A stretch of DNA of 64,000 bases from an archaeon (GCA_030636025.1 DAOVXQ010000005.1:12700-76699), one strand, 5' to 3'; shown: positions 53,201 to 62,912, counted from the stretch's first letter. Program-made: numbers and translations. The notes: generated from the letters alone by a model not told the origin.

Positions 53201-53720
53201 AACCAAACAATTCCCTTAAATAATCAATCAAAATTAAAACAACACAACTCGCAGTCGTCCCTGCACTCCTAATCGGGCCTGAAAAATAAGGCATAAAATA
53301 AGTTTTCCCGTCTCTGGTCTTCCCTGTTTTCAACTCAGTATATCCTTCAATCGGACTTGAAACAACACCCAAAGTCATATACGCAAACCCAACCCTTATC
53401 CCAGCATCAATCGCCTCCAATTGATTTTCAAACTTACAATATTTCTCCTCAGCAATTTCCCTCGCAATCGTAAAACTAACAGTATTATCCAATGCCCCAT
53501 ATTTTTTCTCCAAATCCAAAATCCGATTAATAATATCTTCATTATCCAACTGTGGATAAACAGTCGCAATCAGCCGAACAACCTTCGCAGCCATAGTCAA
53601 AGCCAAAGGAACCTCCACCTCATCAACAGGGTCAAAACCCAAAACCCGTGCCTTCCCTGCAACCTCATAATTCTTATCAATTTCCTTTCTCAAATCCTTA
53701 AAATATTCTTCAGTATTCAT
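50286..53720 (-). CDS. DNA polymerase II (PolD) large subunit DP2
   Basis: 1144 aa. N-terminus YFKDLRKEIDKNYEVAGKARVLGFDPVDEVEVPLALTMAAKV. Internal and C-terminal Cys4 clusters (CEKCKRET..CECCG and CGKCNES...CTKCNG). No intein present. Confidence 0.9.
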   Translation of the reverse strand: MNTEEYFKDLRKEIDKNYEVAGKARVLGFDPVDEVEVPLALTMAAKVVRLIATVYPQLDNEDIINRILDLEKKYGALDNTVSFTIAREIAEEKYCKFENQLEAIDAGIRVGFAYMTLGVVSSPIEGYTELKTGKTRDGKTYFMPYFSGPIRSAGTTASCVVLILIDYLRELFGYAKYDPTEKEIKRVFTELTDYHDRVTNLQYMPTEAEAMFIAKHMPIQVSGDPTEKREVSNFKDLDRVESNFIRGGFCLIMGEGIAQKAPKGLRILKGIQKNGIDVKGWEWLDEYVELHEKQTQGKAGDSGPTYIKDLVAGRPVFGHPGKGFRFRYGRSRVAGFSAVSVHPATMAVTNDFIATGTQLKLERPTKGCVTTPCDSIDGPIVKLKNGSVKKLSDYDEAKKLYNEIEEIIYLGDLLFPLGDVQNRNAKLIRPGYVEEWWELELKKVGGSVENCYSVELNDAIDISKKFNVALHPNYIYYWNQIDYKMFLGLVDWFQHSRINEGKLLFPYNKTEKERFPVGKRGLELLGVVHEVGIENVILDEVNTQALLINLGFEPDYSGELQIDFDFRKEKDVLKVVNKLSKFKIRNKAGDFIGTRMGRPEKAKLRKLIGSPNVLFPVGVEGGRLRSVNAAVEVGSVKSNFPFYYCEKCKRETIYRTCECCGDKTKQKYFCRICNHALDGEVCKIHEKGNTFKNVKIDMKHYFDSARQKLGLGKYQVPELIKGVRGTSSGGHNMENLIKGILRAKHNLRVNKDGTIRYDMTELPISHFKPKEIEVSVSKLKELGYDKDYLGKELVNENQILELKPHDVILPCNEIAGDEKADDVFINATKFIDELLEKFYGLPRFHNIKTRDELVGTLGVCMAPHNCAGVICRFIGFSKVQGLYASAYMHAAIRRDCDGDEAALMLLSDVLINFSRKFLPAHRGGTQDAPLVLNGRIYAREVDDQILDFELVDSYPLELYEKAEQELHSGEVEIEMVKQRIGRGEDPYVGTGFTHDIDNFNSGALCSNYKILPTMREKVAAQMELCIKLRSVDQGDVARLIIDRHFMRDLKGNLRKFSQQKFRCGKCNESFRRVPLSGKCTKCNGKIIFTISYGSIVKYLEPALELTRNYDVPRYIIQDLELTKRYIQSIFGKDNEKQVGLSEFI

Positions 53721-54283
53721 ATTTTAACTAAAACCTCTTTCCAGTCATTTATTTTAATAATATTCGGATGACTTTGAAAATTTTCATTCCAGGGCTTGCC
53801 TAAAAGAAGCACCTTTGTCCCATTAGTTGCAATTTCACTCGCATATTCCTTACTATCTTCAATCATCACATGTATCCCCTCTTCCTTGCAAATCTCTCCC
53901 TTTGTTTTTCCATTTGTTCCAGCATAAGAATTAGACGAATAGATTAGTTTAAAATTAATTTCAGGAAATAACTTTTTTAAGCTATCCAAAGTCCCTTTCC
54001 GAATCACCCTGGAAGTTAAAAAAATTATCTCATGATTATCTGCCAAATTCAAAATTGACTCCTGAGCATAATCACAAACAGGCATATTCCCTGCAACACC
54101 CTCAGCAACCATATCCCTGATTAAATCTATAACTTTTTCCAAAGGCAAATCAAAAATTTCTTCAAAATAATATGTTTTAACTTCTTCAAATTTTATCAAC
54201 TTGCCATATCTCCCAGAATAAAAATCTAAAAATGTTCTTGTAAATTCAAAAACCACATCATCCAAATCAATTCCTATTTTCAT
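53717..54283 (-). CDS. HAD-superfamily 5'(3')-deoxyribonucleotidase-like protein
   Basis: MKIGIDLDDVVFEF has the DxDxV HAD motif I. Start placed at 54283; the track ORF extends into DP1. Confidence 0.55.
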   Translation of the reverse strand: MKIGIDLDDVVFEFTRTFLDFYSGRYGKLIKFEEVKTYYFEEIFDLPLEKVIDLIRDMVAEGVAGNMPVCDYAQESILNLADNHEIIFLTSRVIRKGTLDSLKKLFPEINFKLIYSSNSYAGTNGKTKGEICKEEGIHVMIEDSKEYASEIATNGTKVLLLGKPWNENFQSHPNIIKINDWKEVLVKI

Positions 54284-55907
54284 TCTCAACCTCACAAACA
54301 ATTTTATCTTCCTTCTCCTTGCAAATTTTATCATCTCCATCACTAAAATCCAGAATTTTAATCTCTCTTGTCTTCAAATTAAACATTGGAACTTTCCCAG
54401 GGTCAGGGTCATTGCCAACTTTTTCTTCAAACGCAGTCATTGACTGCCAACAACCACAACAAAAAATCAAAACACCATTATAATTATCAATATCACACCT
54501 ATGAAAATCACCTGTCGTGATAATATCTGGAACCTCACGAATAATCATAGAATCCTTTTCAGCATTAGGAATATAAATTGTTCCTGCACCATGACTTGGA
54601 GCCAAATGCCTTCGTTTCAGCAAATGCTTAACAACTCTCGCAGGAGTATGATGCCCATCATTCAATCTCAACTCCTCTATCTCATTAACAAGCCCATGCA
54701 TACTTGCCCCGTGATACATCAAAACCTTAAAACCCTCTTTATCCTCACTCCCATCAATCTCCACCAAAGAAGGATTACTTACTAAATACAAATTCTCAAT
54801 TTTATGTAATGGCTCTGCAAACTCCTCTGTCAACGGCGGCTGTGGTTCTGCAACCCGAACAGCATCATGTTGTCCAGCACATTGTATAATCCGAATATGC
54901 TTAGGAATTCTATCCAAATACTCTGCTAATTTCACATACTGCCCCTTAATATCCTTAATAACCAAATCCTTTTCCTGCCCAGGATAAATCCCAACACCAT
55001 CAATAGAATCTCCAGTAATAAAAAGATACTTTATCTTTTTCAACATCTGCTTTTGTTTTTCATCAGCCCCAACCCCATTTAACCAGTCAATAAATCTCTT
55101 AAAATTATTTTCTAAAAAATTCCCAGAACCAATATGCATATCAGATATAAACAAAACATAACCTTCGTTTTCACTTCTTTTCTTCACACCCAAACTTGCA
55201 TCTGGATAAACCAAATCATTCACAAAAATAAAATCCCCACTCCCAGAACACCGAAACCCCACAACATCATCTAAAACAATTTCTTTGGCTTTCTCAAAAA
55301 TCTCCTCCTTATTTTGGGTTATAAGCAACTTTGTCCTCCCTGTCAAATCCTCAACCTCTAGGAAAATATTTTTATTTTTTGTAATCCTTTTGTCACTAAC
55401 AATCCCAATAATAGAAAAATCCCGATTTCCCCCAATTTTATCAATAGAAGTCAATCCAGTTAATATTTCTGATTTCTCCTGCAACAAATTCCTGAAAAAA
55501 TTATACCGATTTCTAAAATGCCTGACAAAATCCTTAACCACTAATTTCTGCGACGCCAAAACTGGCGAAGACAAAATTTTCACAACTCCTGAATCATCAA
55601 CTTCATTTTTCTTAATATCCTCAACACTTCTCTCTCTTTTCACCTCGACAGAAACAGAAACATTAACAAAAAATTTCTCTATCACCTTCTGCTTTTCACT
55701 ATCTAATTCAGTAAAAACCGGCTTAAATTTATCAATATTCTCATTTATCAAATTTTTCGTGATAACTTTCTGATGAGAAACAACCCCCACCTTATTTATA
55801 ATTTCATTTGCCAAATCTTCATCCTCAAGCTCGCTAAAAAAATTCAACATATCTTTATCTAAGAGAAATCCTTTTTCTATAAACAATTTTAATATTTTAT
55901 TTGACAT
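54267..55907 (-). CDS. DNA polymerase II (PolD) small subunit DP1
   Basis: Calcineurin-like phosphoesterase motifs FISDMHIGS, ITGDSIDG, CAGQHDA and TGDFH, with an N-terminal helical domain. Start placed at MSNKILKLF (55907). Confidence 0.85.
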   Translation of the reverse strand: MSNKILKLFIEKGFLLDKDMLNFFSELEDEDLANEIINKVGVVSHQKVITKNLINENIDKFKPVFTELDSEKQKVIEKFFVNVSVSVEVKRERSVEDIKKNEVDDSGVVKILSSPVLASQKLVVKDFVRHFRNRYNFFRNLLQEKSEILTGLTSIDKIGGNRDFSIIGIVSDKRITKNKNIFLEVEDLTGRTKLLITQNKEEIFEKAKEIVLDDVVGFRCSGSGDFIFVNDLVYPDASLGVKKRSENEGYVLFISDMHIGSGNFLENNFKRFIDWLNGVGADEKQKQMLKKIKYLFITGDSIDGVGIYPGQEKDLVIKDIKGQYVKLAEYLDRIPKHIRIIQCAGQHDAVRVAEPQPPLTEEFAEPLHKIENLYLVSNPSLVEIDGSEDKEGFKVLMYHGASMHGLVNEIEELRLNDGHHTPARVVKHLLKRRHLAPSHGAGTIYIPNAEKDSMIIREVPDIITTGDFHRCDIDNYNGVLIFCCGCWQSMTAFEEKVGNDPDPGKVPMFNLKTREIKILDFSDGDDKICKEKEDKIVCEVENENRN

Positions 55908-55914
55908 TTTAAAA

Positions 55915-57114
55915 CTACAAACCCAATGAGTCAACCAAAATCTCTTTAGATTTTTTAACAATATTTTCAGGTATTGCAAGTTTGATTTCACGCATTCTGC
56001 CCTGTCGCCCCTTGCTGATAACCCTTGCATTAATCAGCCCAAGCATATCAAACTCTGCCAAAATATCACTAACCCGCCTCTGAGTCAAAATATCACACTT
56101 AACTTTCCTGCACAACTCCTGATAATACATATAAACATCACCTGTAAAAATAGCCCCATTATTTTTCTCACTCAGCAAAAATATCGAATGCAAAACCAGC
56201 TGAAACTGCTTCGGCTCTGTCTCAATTATGTCCAAAATCTTATCCCTCTCAATTTTATTATTTGCAGAATCAATATGCTCAATCCTAATTTTTTTATTTG
56301 CCTCTCTTTCTGCAAGTTCTCCTGCAACCCTCAACAAATCCAATGCCCTTCTTGCATCCCCATGTTCTCTTGCAGCAAAAGCCGCGCATTTCGCAATAAC
56401 ACCATCATTAACAACATTTGGCTTAAAAGATTCATCAGCCCGTTTTTTCAAAATATCCTGCAACTGCAGTGCATTATAAGGTGGAAAAACCAGCTCCTCC
56501 TCAGACAAAGAACTCTTAACCCTCTGGTCAATCATATCCAAAAACCTCAAATCATTACTAACCCCCACAACACAAATCTGAATATTATCCAACTCAGAAT
56601 TCAACCTCGTCAGATTATACAAAAAATTATCAGAAATTTTCTTAACTGCCTGGTCAATTTCATCCAAAATCAAAATAAACAATTTCTCGTCCATCTTCCC
56701 AAGCTCGTCGATAAACCGCCGATAAACCTCATCAGTCGGAAGCCCTGTAACAGGAACATCCCCCCCCAACTTCTTAATCAACTCTGCAAAAATTCTATAC
56801 TCTGTATCTGCAACTTTTTTCAACTTACAATTTAAATACTCAATCCTCAATATATTCAGCCCCTCTGTCCTTTTCTTTAATTCACCAGCAACATGTTGAA
56901 TAGAAAGTGTCTTACCTGTCCCTGTTTTCCCATAAATAAATAAATTACTAGGTTTCTCTCCAAGCAAACAAGGTGCCAATATCGACGCAATTAACTCAAT
57001 CTGCTCATCTCGATGCAAAATATCTCCAGGATTATAATTATACTGAAGAATCTGTTTATTCCTAAATAAACTCCTTTCACCTATGCTATCAAAAATTTCG
57101 TCAACTGCTCCCAT
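55915..57114 (-). CDS. cdc6: Orc1/Cdc6 replication initiator
   Basis: Walker A YGKTGTGKT, Walker B LILDEID, GDARRALDLLR (sensor 2) and a C-terminal winged helix. Start placed at MGAVDEIF (57114). Confidence 0.9.
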   Translation of the reverse strand: MGAVDEIFDSIGERSLFRNKQILQYNYNPGDILHRDEQIELIASILAPCLLGEKPSNLFIYGKTGTGKTLSIQHVAGELKKRTEGLNILRIEYLNCKLKKVADTEYRIFAELIKKLGGDVPVTGLPTDEVYRRFIDELGKMDEKLFILILDEIDQAVKKISDNFLYNLTRLNSELDNIQICVVGVSNDLRFLDMIDQRVKSSLSEEELVFPPYNALQLQDILKKRADESFKPNVVNDGVIAKCAAFAAREHGDARRALDLLRVAGELAEREANKKIRIEHIDSANNKIERDKILDIIETEPKQFQLVLHSIFLLSEKNNGAIFTGDVYMYYQELCRKVKCDILTQRRVSDILAEFDMLGLINARVISKGRQGRMREIKLAIPENIVKKSKEILVDSLGL

Positions 57115-57373
57115 TTTCACCTTTTTATAATTCCATAAAATAAACATTTAGTTTTATAAATATATTGTTAATATAAAACACCCTTACCCTTATTTCTCAT
57201 AGAAAATAAAAATAATGCCCAAACTCTCTCGACAAACACACAATTTCTTAAAAATTCTAAAAATCTTCATAAAACCCCCCACACCAAGATTTCTTATGGA
57301 GATATAATTAAATCCTAAAATGTTTTAGGGAATTCTAGAATATTATGAGAAAAATAAATTAAAATTAAGATTT

Positions 57374-57450
57374 AAAACTTAAAATTAATAAATTAAAACT
57401 TAAAATTAATAAATTAAAACTTAAAATTAATAAATTAAAACTTAAAATTT
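57374..57450. repeat. 3.6 tandem copies of a 21-bp AT-rich unit
   Basis: aaaacttaaaattaataaatt x3, plus a partial copy. Confidence 0.9.
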
Positions 57451-57549
57451 ATATAAATAATACAAATAAACAAGATATTTATATATATTATATATTAATA
57501 TATATAATATAATATAATAAAGCTTATAAATAAAAATAAAAAAATAAAA

Positions 57550-57600
57550 CCCCACCACCACCCTTATAAACATTTCCAGACGAAATCAAAGGGTGGGGGT
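57550..57600. promoter_or_regulatory. ORB-like Orc1/Cdc6 recognition element
   Basis: The dyad tttccagacgaaa (57573-57585) is followed by the G-string gggtgggggt (57591-57600) and preceded by the complementary C-string cccaccaccaccc. Confidence 0.5.
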
Positions 57601-57606
57601 CTAACC

Positions 57607-57768
57607 AAAATTCCACCCCTAAAACTTAAAATTCTCCTCTAAAACCTAAAATTCTATTCCTAAATCAAAATTCTACCCCCTAAAACCCTAATTTTTGCAA
57701 TAAAAACAGGATTTCCATCCCCCAACCCAAAATCTACTCTTTAAATCTAAAATTTCATCCTAAAACCC
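57607..57768. repeat. 7-8 degenerate ~20-bp direct repeats (mini-ORB-like)
   Basis: aaaattccacccctaaaactt / aaaattctcctctaaaaccta / aaattctattcctaaatc / aaaattctaccccctaaaacccta / ... / aaaatttcatcctaaaaccc. Confidence 0.6.
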
Positions 57769-57940
57769 AATTATTTTATAAAATTTTAATATTATATAAT
57801 TTAATATATAAATAAAATATTTATTAATAAATCATTATAATTATAATAATCTAATAAAATCAACAAAAATTAATTACTTAATTTATTTAACATATCTATA
57901 TCACAGAAAAGTTTATAAAGATTTTTCTTATGAATTATAT

Positions 57941-58201
57941 ATGGTTATTGAAAAACAACCTCACAAAGATGTTTTAGGGAAGGCAGTTGTTACAAAAGAA
58001 GGCAAACGACTTGGAACAATCAAAGATATTACATTTGAAACTCGAACAGGCGAATTACTTCATATTGTTTTGAAAGATGCGACAAGCTATGCATCAGAAC
58101 TTAACTTGGAAAAATCAAACCAAAACGAAATCCTAATCCCATACAATGCAATAATCGCCATAGGCGACTTCGTTGTTGTTTCTGAAGAAGATTTAATGTA
58201 A
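57941..58201 (+). CDS. PRC-barrel domain protein
   Basis: VLGKAVVTKEGKRLGTIKDITFETRTGELLHIVLKD...ILIPYNAIIAIGDFVVVS. Confidence 0.6.
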   Translation: MVIEKQPHKDVLGKAVVTKEGKRLGTIKDITFETRTGELLHIVLKDATSYASELNLEKSNQNEILIPYNAIIAIGDFVVVSEEDLM

Positions 58202-58550
58202 AATATATTTATTTAAAATTATTATTTCTAACACCCCCCTAATACCAGCGAATGCTCCCAGAAATCAAAAAGTAGGTTTTTTAAATCAATTATAACTAAT
58301 AAGGTTAATAAATGAGATATCAAGATCAACCATTACCTTCTAAAGACGAATCTAGAATTGAAACCCAAAAAAGATTTTAGAATTTAAGCCACTATTGAAA
58401 AAATTAATGGAAAAAAGTACATCTCAAGCAAAGTAATCAACACCTTCCGTGACACGACCCCACTTTTCGTTACAACTTCTTGTTACTAAGAAGTTTCAGA
58501 TTTGGGGATAATAAAAAGTTATTTAAATATAAAAAACCATATAAATAAAA

Positions 58551-59882
58551 ATGGTAATGAGTTTAACAATTGGATTAGTTATTTTATATTTTTTGATAGT
58601 CCTCGTTATTGGATTAGTCTCTGCAAAAAAACAAAGTAAAGAAGATTTCTTAATTGCTGAAAGAAAACTCGGACCCATTTCATTATCTGCTTCAATAGCC
58701 GCAGGATTTTTGGGTGGCGGTTTTTTAGTTGCTTATGCTTCATATGTTTTTCAGTTTGGAATGGCTGCTATGTGGATATTTGTTGGAATAATTTTAGGAT
58801 TTTTTTTATTGCTTTTATATCATAAAAGATTAAAAGAACTTGCAGACAAAGAAGAATTTTACACTATATCTGATTACTTTAAATTTAAATATGGAAAATC
58901 TGTTGGAGTAATATCTGCAATTGCAGTAATACTTTATTTCTTGTTTTTCTTAATAGTTGAATTTATAGCAGGAGGAAGAATATTATCTGGCTTACTTAAT
59001 ATTTCTTATACCCTCTCTATTTTAATAATGGCGGTTGTTGTTTTATTTTATCTTGGATTAGGGGGATTTAAATCAGTAATCAAAACAGATATTTTTCAAT
59101 ATCTAATAATCTTATTATTCACGATTATAATTGGAATTGTAATAGTTTCTGGGAGTTCGATTCCAAATTCAGAATTTAATTTAGGAAATGCGGGAATTGG
59201 AAATGGGATAGCATTTGTAATTTTAGGAGCTTTTGCAACTTTTATGGCTCCTGATTTATGGCAAAGAATTTATGCAGCAAAACATGTTAAAGCAGCTAAA
59301 CATTCTTTATGGTTATCTTCAATTCTAATTTTTGTTTTTGGAATTGTAATTGCCTTAATAGGGATTGTAGCTAAATTAAATTTTCCAAACATTTTACCTG
59401 ATAATGCCTTATTATATGGGTTATCTAATCTGCTCCCAGCAAGTATTTTAGGACTTGGTTTAGTTATGCTATTTGCTGCTATCATGTCTTCTGTAGATAC
59501 CTCTTTATTTGTTTTAGGTATGAATATCTCTGAAGATATAACGAAAAATTATAAAGAACTAAATAAAAAGCAATTAATAAGCTTAACAAGGTGGGCTATT
59601 ATTGGATTTACAATAATCTCTGTTTTAATTGCTATTTTTATTCAGAACATAATCTCTATTGCCTTAGCATTTGGGAGTATTAGCTTAGCCTTAATTCCTG
59701 CAATAATTGGAAGTTTCCATTTTAATCTTAAGAGCAAGGCGGTTTTTTTAAGTATTTTAACTGGAATTATCTCTACAATTTTAATTTTAAGTTTAGGATA
59801 TATAACCCCTGAAAGTTCAATAATTTCTCTTCCAGTAGCTTTTGTATTTTTAATAATTGGTCAAATATTTTTTAGGAAATAA
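58551..59882 (+). CDS. sodium:solute symporter (SSS) family transporter
   Basis: N-terminus ...KKQSKEDFLIAERKLGPISLSASIAAGFLGGGFLV is typical of the SSF family. About 12 TM helices. Confidence 0.6.
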   Translation: MVMSLTIGLVILYFLIVLVIGLVSAKKQSKEDFLIAERKLGPISLSASIAAGFLGGGFLVAYASYVFQFGMAAMWIFVGIILGFFLLLLYHKRLKELADKEEFYTISDYFKFKYGKSVGVISAIAVILYFLFFLIVEFIAGGRILSGLLNISYTLSILIMAVVVLFYLGLGGFKSVIKTDIFQYLIILLFTIIIGIVIVSGSSIPNSEFNLGNAGIGNGIAFVILGAFATFMAPDLWQRIYAAKHVKAAKHSLWLSSILIFVFGIVIALIGIVAKLNFPNILPDNALLYGLSNLLPASILGLGLVMLFAAIMSSVDTSLFVLGMNISEDITKNYKELNKKQLISLTRWAIIGFTIISVLIAIFIQNIISIALAFGSISLALIPAIIGSFHFNLKSKAVFLSILTGIISTILILSLGYITPESSIISLPVAFVFLIIGQIFFRK

Positions 59883-60212
59883 CGACTTTCCGGGACAACC
59901 CCCTACTTTTCGTTACAACTTTCTTAACATTTCTTACTGAGATTGGACTTTATGGGCAGAAAATAGCCCAAATCCCTTACTTTCAGCTTTAATGGGCAGG
60001 GCCCAAAGAACATCCAAAACTCAAGCCATATCACATTCTCGCTTCGCTCGGGGCGTTGAACAACAGATTTCATAGTTCACTCACTCACCCAAATCCCTCG
60101 AGGAATTCATGAAACCTTAACAACCCTTTTAACAACCCCTCCTCAAAAAATAAAATAATAATCACCAACCCCCAACAACAATATTTAAAAACCCCAAACA
60201 TCACAATTCATT

Positions 60213-60626
60213 ATGCAAGTTATAGGATTTAATTTAACAAAAATTTTAATAGAAAGACAGGAAAAAACAGACACAAAATTAGAAATCCAGCAAAATATTG
60301 GTGTAGATGATATTTCTAAAGATTCAATTGATATTTCTAAGGAAGAAGTTATCAAAATAAAATTTAATTACACTGTTGACTATAATAAGGGAGAATTCGC
60401 AAAAATAGAATTAAAAGGACAGGTAATTTTGCTTCCAACAAAAGACGAGTTAAAGCAAATAACAAAATCATGGGATGACAAACAAATCCCAGAAAACATC
60501 AAGCTACCATTATTTAATTTTATAAAAAGTAAATGTGATGTTAAAACCCTCTCTTTAGAAGATGAATTTGCATTACCTCTACACATTCCATTTCCAAAAT
60601 TGGCAATCAAGCCAAAAGAAGAATAA
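60213..60626 (+). CDS. hypothetical protein
   Basis: 137-aa ORF. Confidence 0.4.
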   Translation: MQVIGFNLTKILIERQEKTDTKLEIQQNIGVDDISKDSIDISKEEVIKIKFNYTVDYNKGEFAKIELKGQVILLPTKDELKQITKSWDDKQIPENIKLPLFNFIKSKCDVKTLSLEDEFALPLHIPFPKLAIKPKEE

Positions 60627-60657
60627 ATAATTATTTATTTACAAATTTTTCAAGACA

Positions 60658-62142
60658 TCAACCAGAAACACCAAAACCAATTTTCGTTTTATGATGCTTT
60701 TTATTTTTTTCAATTATAAATAACCAAACAACAAAAAACATCATAATAACAAGCACACTAACAACACAATAAAAAATAACATTCTTTATCCCAAAGCCAT
60801 CTAATGCAAATTCCTCAGAAGTTTCTTCAATATTTTCTACAATCAAATTCCATGTCTTGCTATCTATCTTATTATCTCTTTTAATTTCAACCTTAACACC
60901 ATAATTCCCCTCATTTAATTCACCACTATTAAAATTCGTAGAATTTGTTTTCATTAAAACATTATTCAGATACCAGTTAATCACATCATAATTCTTTGCA
61001 GTTATTGAAAATGATTTTGTTTCCTCGTCGGAAATATAAACGTCTTTTGTATTAACATTTGAACTTAATATTTTTGGGTCTGAATCATTTGCCAGAGGAA
61101 CTATTGGCGAAGGCACACTAACGCCCCCTAAATCAATAACATAAACATAAATCTTCCCACTGCTAACCTCATCATTCACACCATCATCTGCATACATATA
61201 AAAATAATTCACCCCAATAAAATTCACCCTATGCCTTAAAACAATCTCTGTCCCATTATCCACCCAGCTTATATTTTTCATACTATAATTATTAAACCTA
61301 AAATCCAAATCATCATCATCCTCCCAGCAAACAGACATATCTTTTTTCAAAACACTAGTTTTATTAACATCAATTGTAAAACTATCACAATCCTCATCAT
61401 CAAATTCAGGAGCATCATTAGAAACAGGCCTTGTAGCATTAACAAATTCAACATAAAAACTCATATTTTTCCCACTAGTTGAAAAATCCAAAATATCTCC
61501 ATCAATTTCAGAAGCAGTCAAATTAAATTCAAACACATTATATTTACCTATTGCCCGAGGGTCAAAACTAATTTTATTTGTTGTCTCATTTATTTTAATT
61601 CCAATTGTATCAACATCCCCTACAATACTATAACTAATATTAACCAAACTAGAAAAATAATCATCCAAATTAATTACATCAACCAAAGAGTCGCCATTAT
61701 AAATTGTAACATTTGGAATAGGAATCACGGCCTGAGTCAAATTAATATGAATCTGAGCATATGCTACAACATCAGAAACATTTACAAAATTCCCATGTCC
61801 ACAATCATCCAGAGATAAAAATTCAACATCATAAATTTTATTTTCATTAAATTCTAAATCATTTTTAAAACTATAATTGCAACTAACATCTCCCATTATA
61901 AAATCAAACAAAATATTTTCAAAAATCTCTTGGCTGATATTTCCAGAACTCCAAGTCACATTCACACTAATAGTCATATTATCCTCACTAAGATTATAAT
62001 TCAAAACACTTAAACCAACCTCATTAGTTTCTCGCCAAGGACTAAGTGTCCTCAATTCTCCACTTAACTTTTCAAGATCATCATCTTGAACCAAATTTAA
62101 CCCAAACCAAACAACACCAAAAACAACAAAACCCCAAAACAA
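60658..62142 (-). CDS. extracellular protein with C-terminal TM anchor; 5' end possibly frameshifted
   Basis: 494 aa with a TTG start. A better-looking signal-anchor start (ATG 62198, MRKNKFGLMKSIQFRLLVICFG...) lies in another frame and overlaps the T/G-run region 62100-62150. Confidence 0.45.
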   Translation of the reverse strand: MFWGFVVFGVVWFGLNLVQDDDLEKLSGELRTLSPWRETNEVGLSVLNYNLSEDNMTISVNVTWSSGNISQEIFENILFDFIMGDVSCNYSFKNDLEFNENKIYDVEFLSLDDCGHGNFVNVSDVVAYAQIHINLTQAVIPIPNVTIYNGDSLVDVINLDDYFSSLVNISYSIVGDVDTIGIKINETTNKISFDPRAIGKYNVFEFNLTASEIDGDILDFSTSGKNMSFYVEFVNATRPVSNDAPEFDDEDCDSFTIDVNKTSVLKKDMSVCWEDDDDLDFRFNNYSMKNISWVDNGTEIVLRHRVNFIGVNYFYMYADDGVNDEVSSGKIYVYVIDLGGVSVPSPIVPLANDSDPKILSSNVNTKDVYISDEETKSFSITAKNYDVINWYLNNVLMKTNSTNFNSGELNEGNYGVKVEIKRDNKIDSKTWNLIVENIEETSEEFALDGFGIKNVIFYCVVSVLVIMMFFVVWLFIIEKNKKHHKTKIGFGVSG

Positions 62143-62273
62143 ATCACCAGCAATCTAAACTGAATACTTTTCATTAATCCAAATTTATTTTTTCTCATAA
62201 TCCTCTCCATTCATAGAATAATTAACATCAACAACTTTAAAAAGTTATTCAGTATTTAATAACTGGTGAGAGA

Positions 62274-62540
62274 ATGAGATTAAGTCAAGAAAAAAAAGAC
62301 AAAATAACCGAGCAAATCCTTTCATTATTATACCATGTTTTTCCAAAACAGCCCTTCACAGCAGAAATCGCAAGAGAGATTGCAAGAGACGAGGAATTTA
62401 TCAAAAGAATTTTATTTGAACTAAAAGAAAAAGGACTTGTGACAAATATAAAAAAGAACGCAAAAGGCGAAATATTCACAAGGAGATTAAAATGGAGATT
62501 AACCCAAAAAGTCTATGAAGTTTACCATTCTAAACAATAA
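62274..62540 (+). CDS. small winged-helix DNA-binding protein
   Basis: FTAEIAREIARDEEFIKRILFELKEKGLV. Confidence 0.5.
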   Translation: MRLSQEKKDKITEQILSLLYHVFPKQPFTAEIAREIARDEEFIKRILFELKEKGLVTNIKKNAKGEIFTRRLKWRLTQKVYEVYHSKQ

Positions 62541-62543
62541 ATC

Positions 62544-62912
62544 TTACCCACATTTTTTCTCCAGCCGTTTTTTAACCCTATTAAATCTTTCCCCCCCATA
62601 CCCAGTGCAATCATCTATCACAGATTCTATCAATAAAGGATTCCCCTCATCTTTAATTCTTTTTGCTACATATCTTAATGCCTCTTCCAAAACCCTGTCA
62701 GACCCACATTTAATATTCGAATAAGCATCCAAAACATTTGGAAAATAATCTTTTTCTTGTCTAAATATTATATAAAGCGACTTCCTTGGAACTTTTTCCA
62801 TAATAACTCTCGCAAGAATTTCTCTATTCCCCCTAAACTCCTCTGTTATCTGACATTCTGTTGGATTTCTCCCACCGATTATTGTTTGCAATTTGTAGGC
62901 TACTTTTTCCAT
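62544..62912 (-). CDS. hypothetical protein
   Basis: 122-aa ORF. Confidence 0.4.
   Translation of the reverse strand: MEKVAYKLQTIIGGRNPTECQITEEFRGNREILARVIMEKVPRKSLYIIFRQEKDYFPNVLDAYSNIKCGSDRVLEEALRYVAKRIKDEGNPLLIESVIDDCTGYGGERFNRVKKRLEKKCG

Larger units (their letters stand above)
57150..57940. other. predicted replication origin (oriC)
   Basis: ~790-bp non-coding region directly upstream of orc1/cdc6. It contains tandem repeats, a pure-AT stretch, an ORB-like dyad with a G-string, and an array of C-rich ~20-bp repeats. Confidence 0.7.

Noticed and set aside
51486-53219. Plus-strand ORFs of 166 and 190 aa inside the PolD DP2 gene, and similar ones in the DP1 and cdc6 genes (55285-55773, 56188-56835)
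   Set aside because: They are antisense to highly conserved replication genes and rich in Pro/Asn/Ile/Leu. They are frame-shadow ORFs.
57374-57450. 21-bp tandem repeats considered as a possible CRISPR array
   Set aside because: The units are contiguous with no spacers, almost pure A/T, too short, and sit in the origin region next to cdc6.
59883-60212. GC-richer ~330-bp non-coding tract scanned for a tRNA or other RNA gene
   Set aside because: I could find no T-loop (GTTCRANYC) or acceptor-stem pairing and no recognisable RNA family signature by eye. It is left as unexplained spacer; an Infernal/tRNAscan run would settle it.
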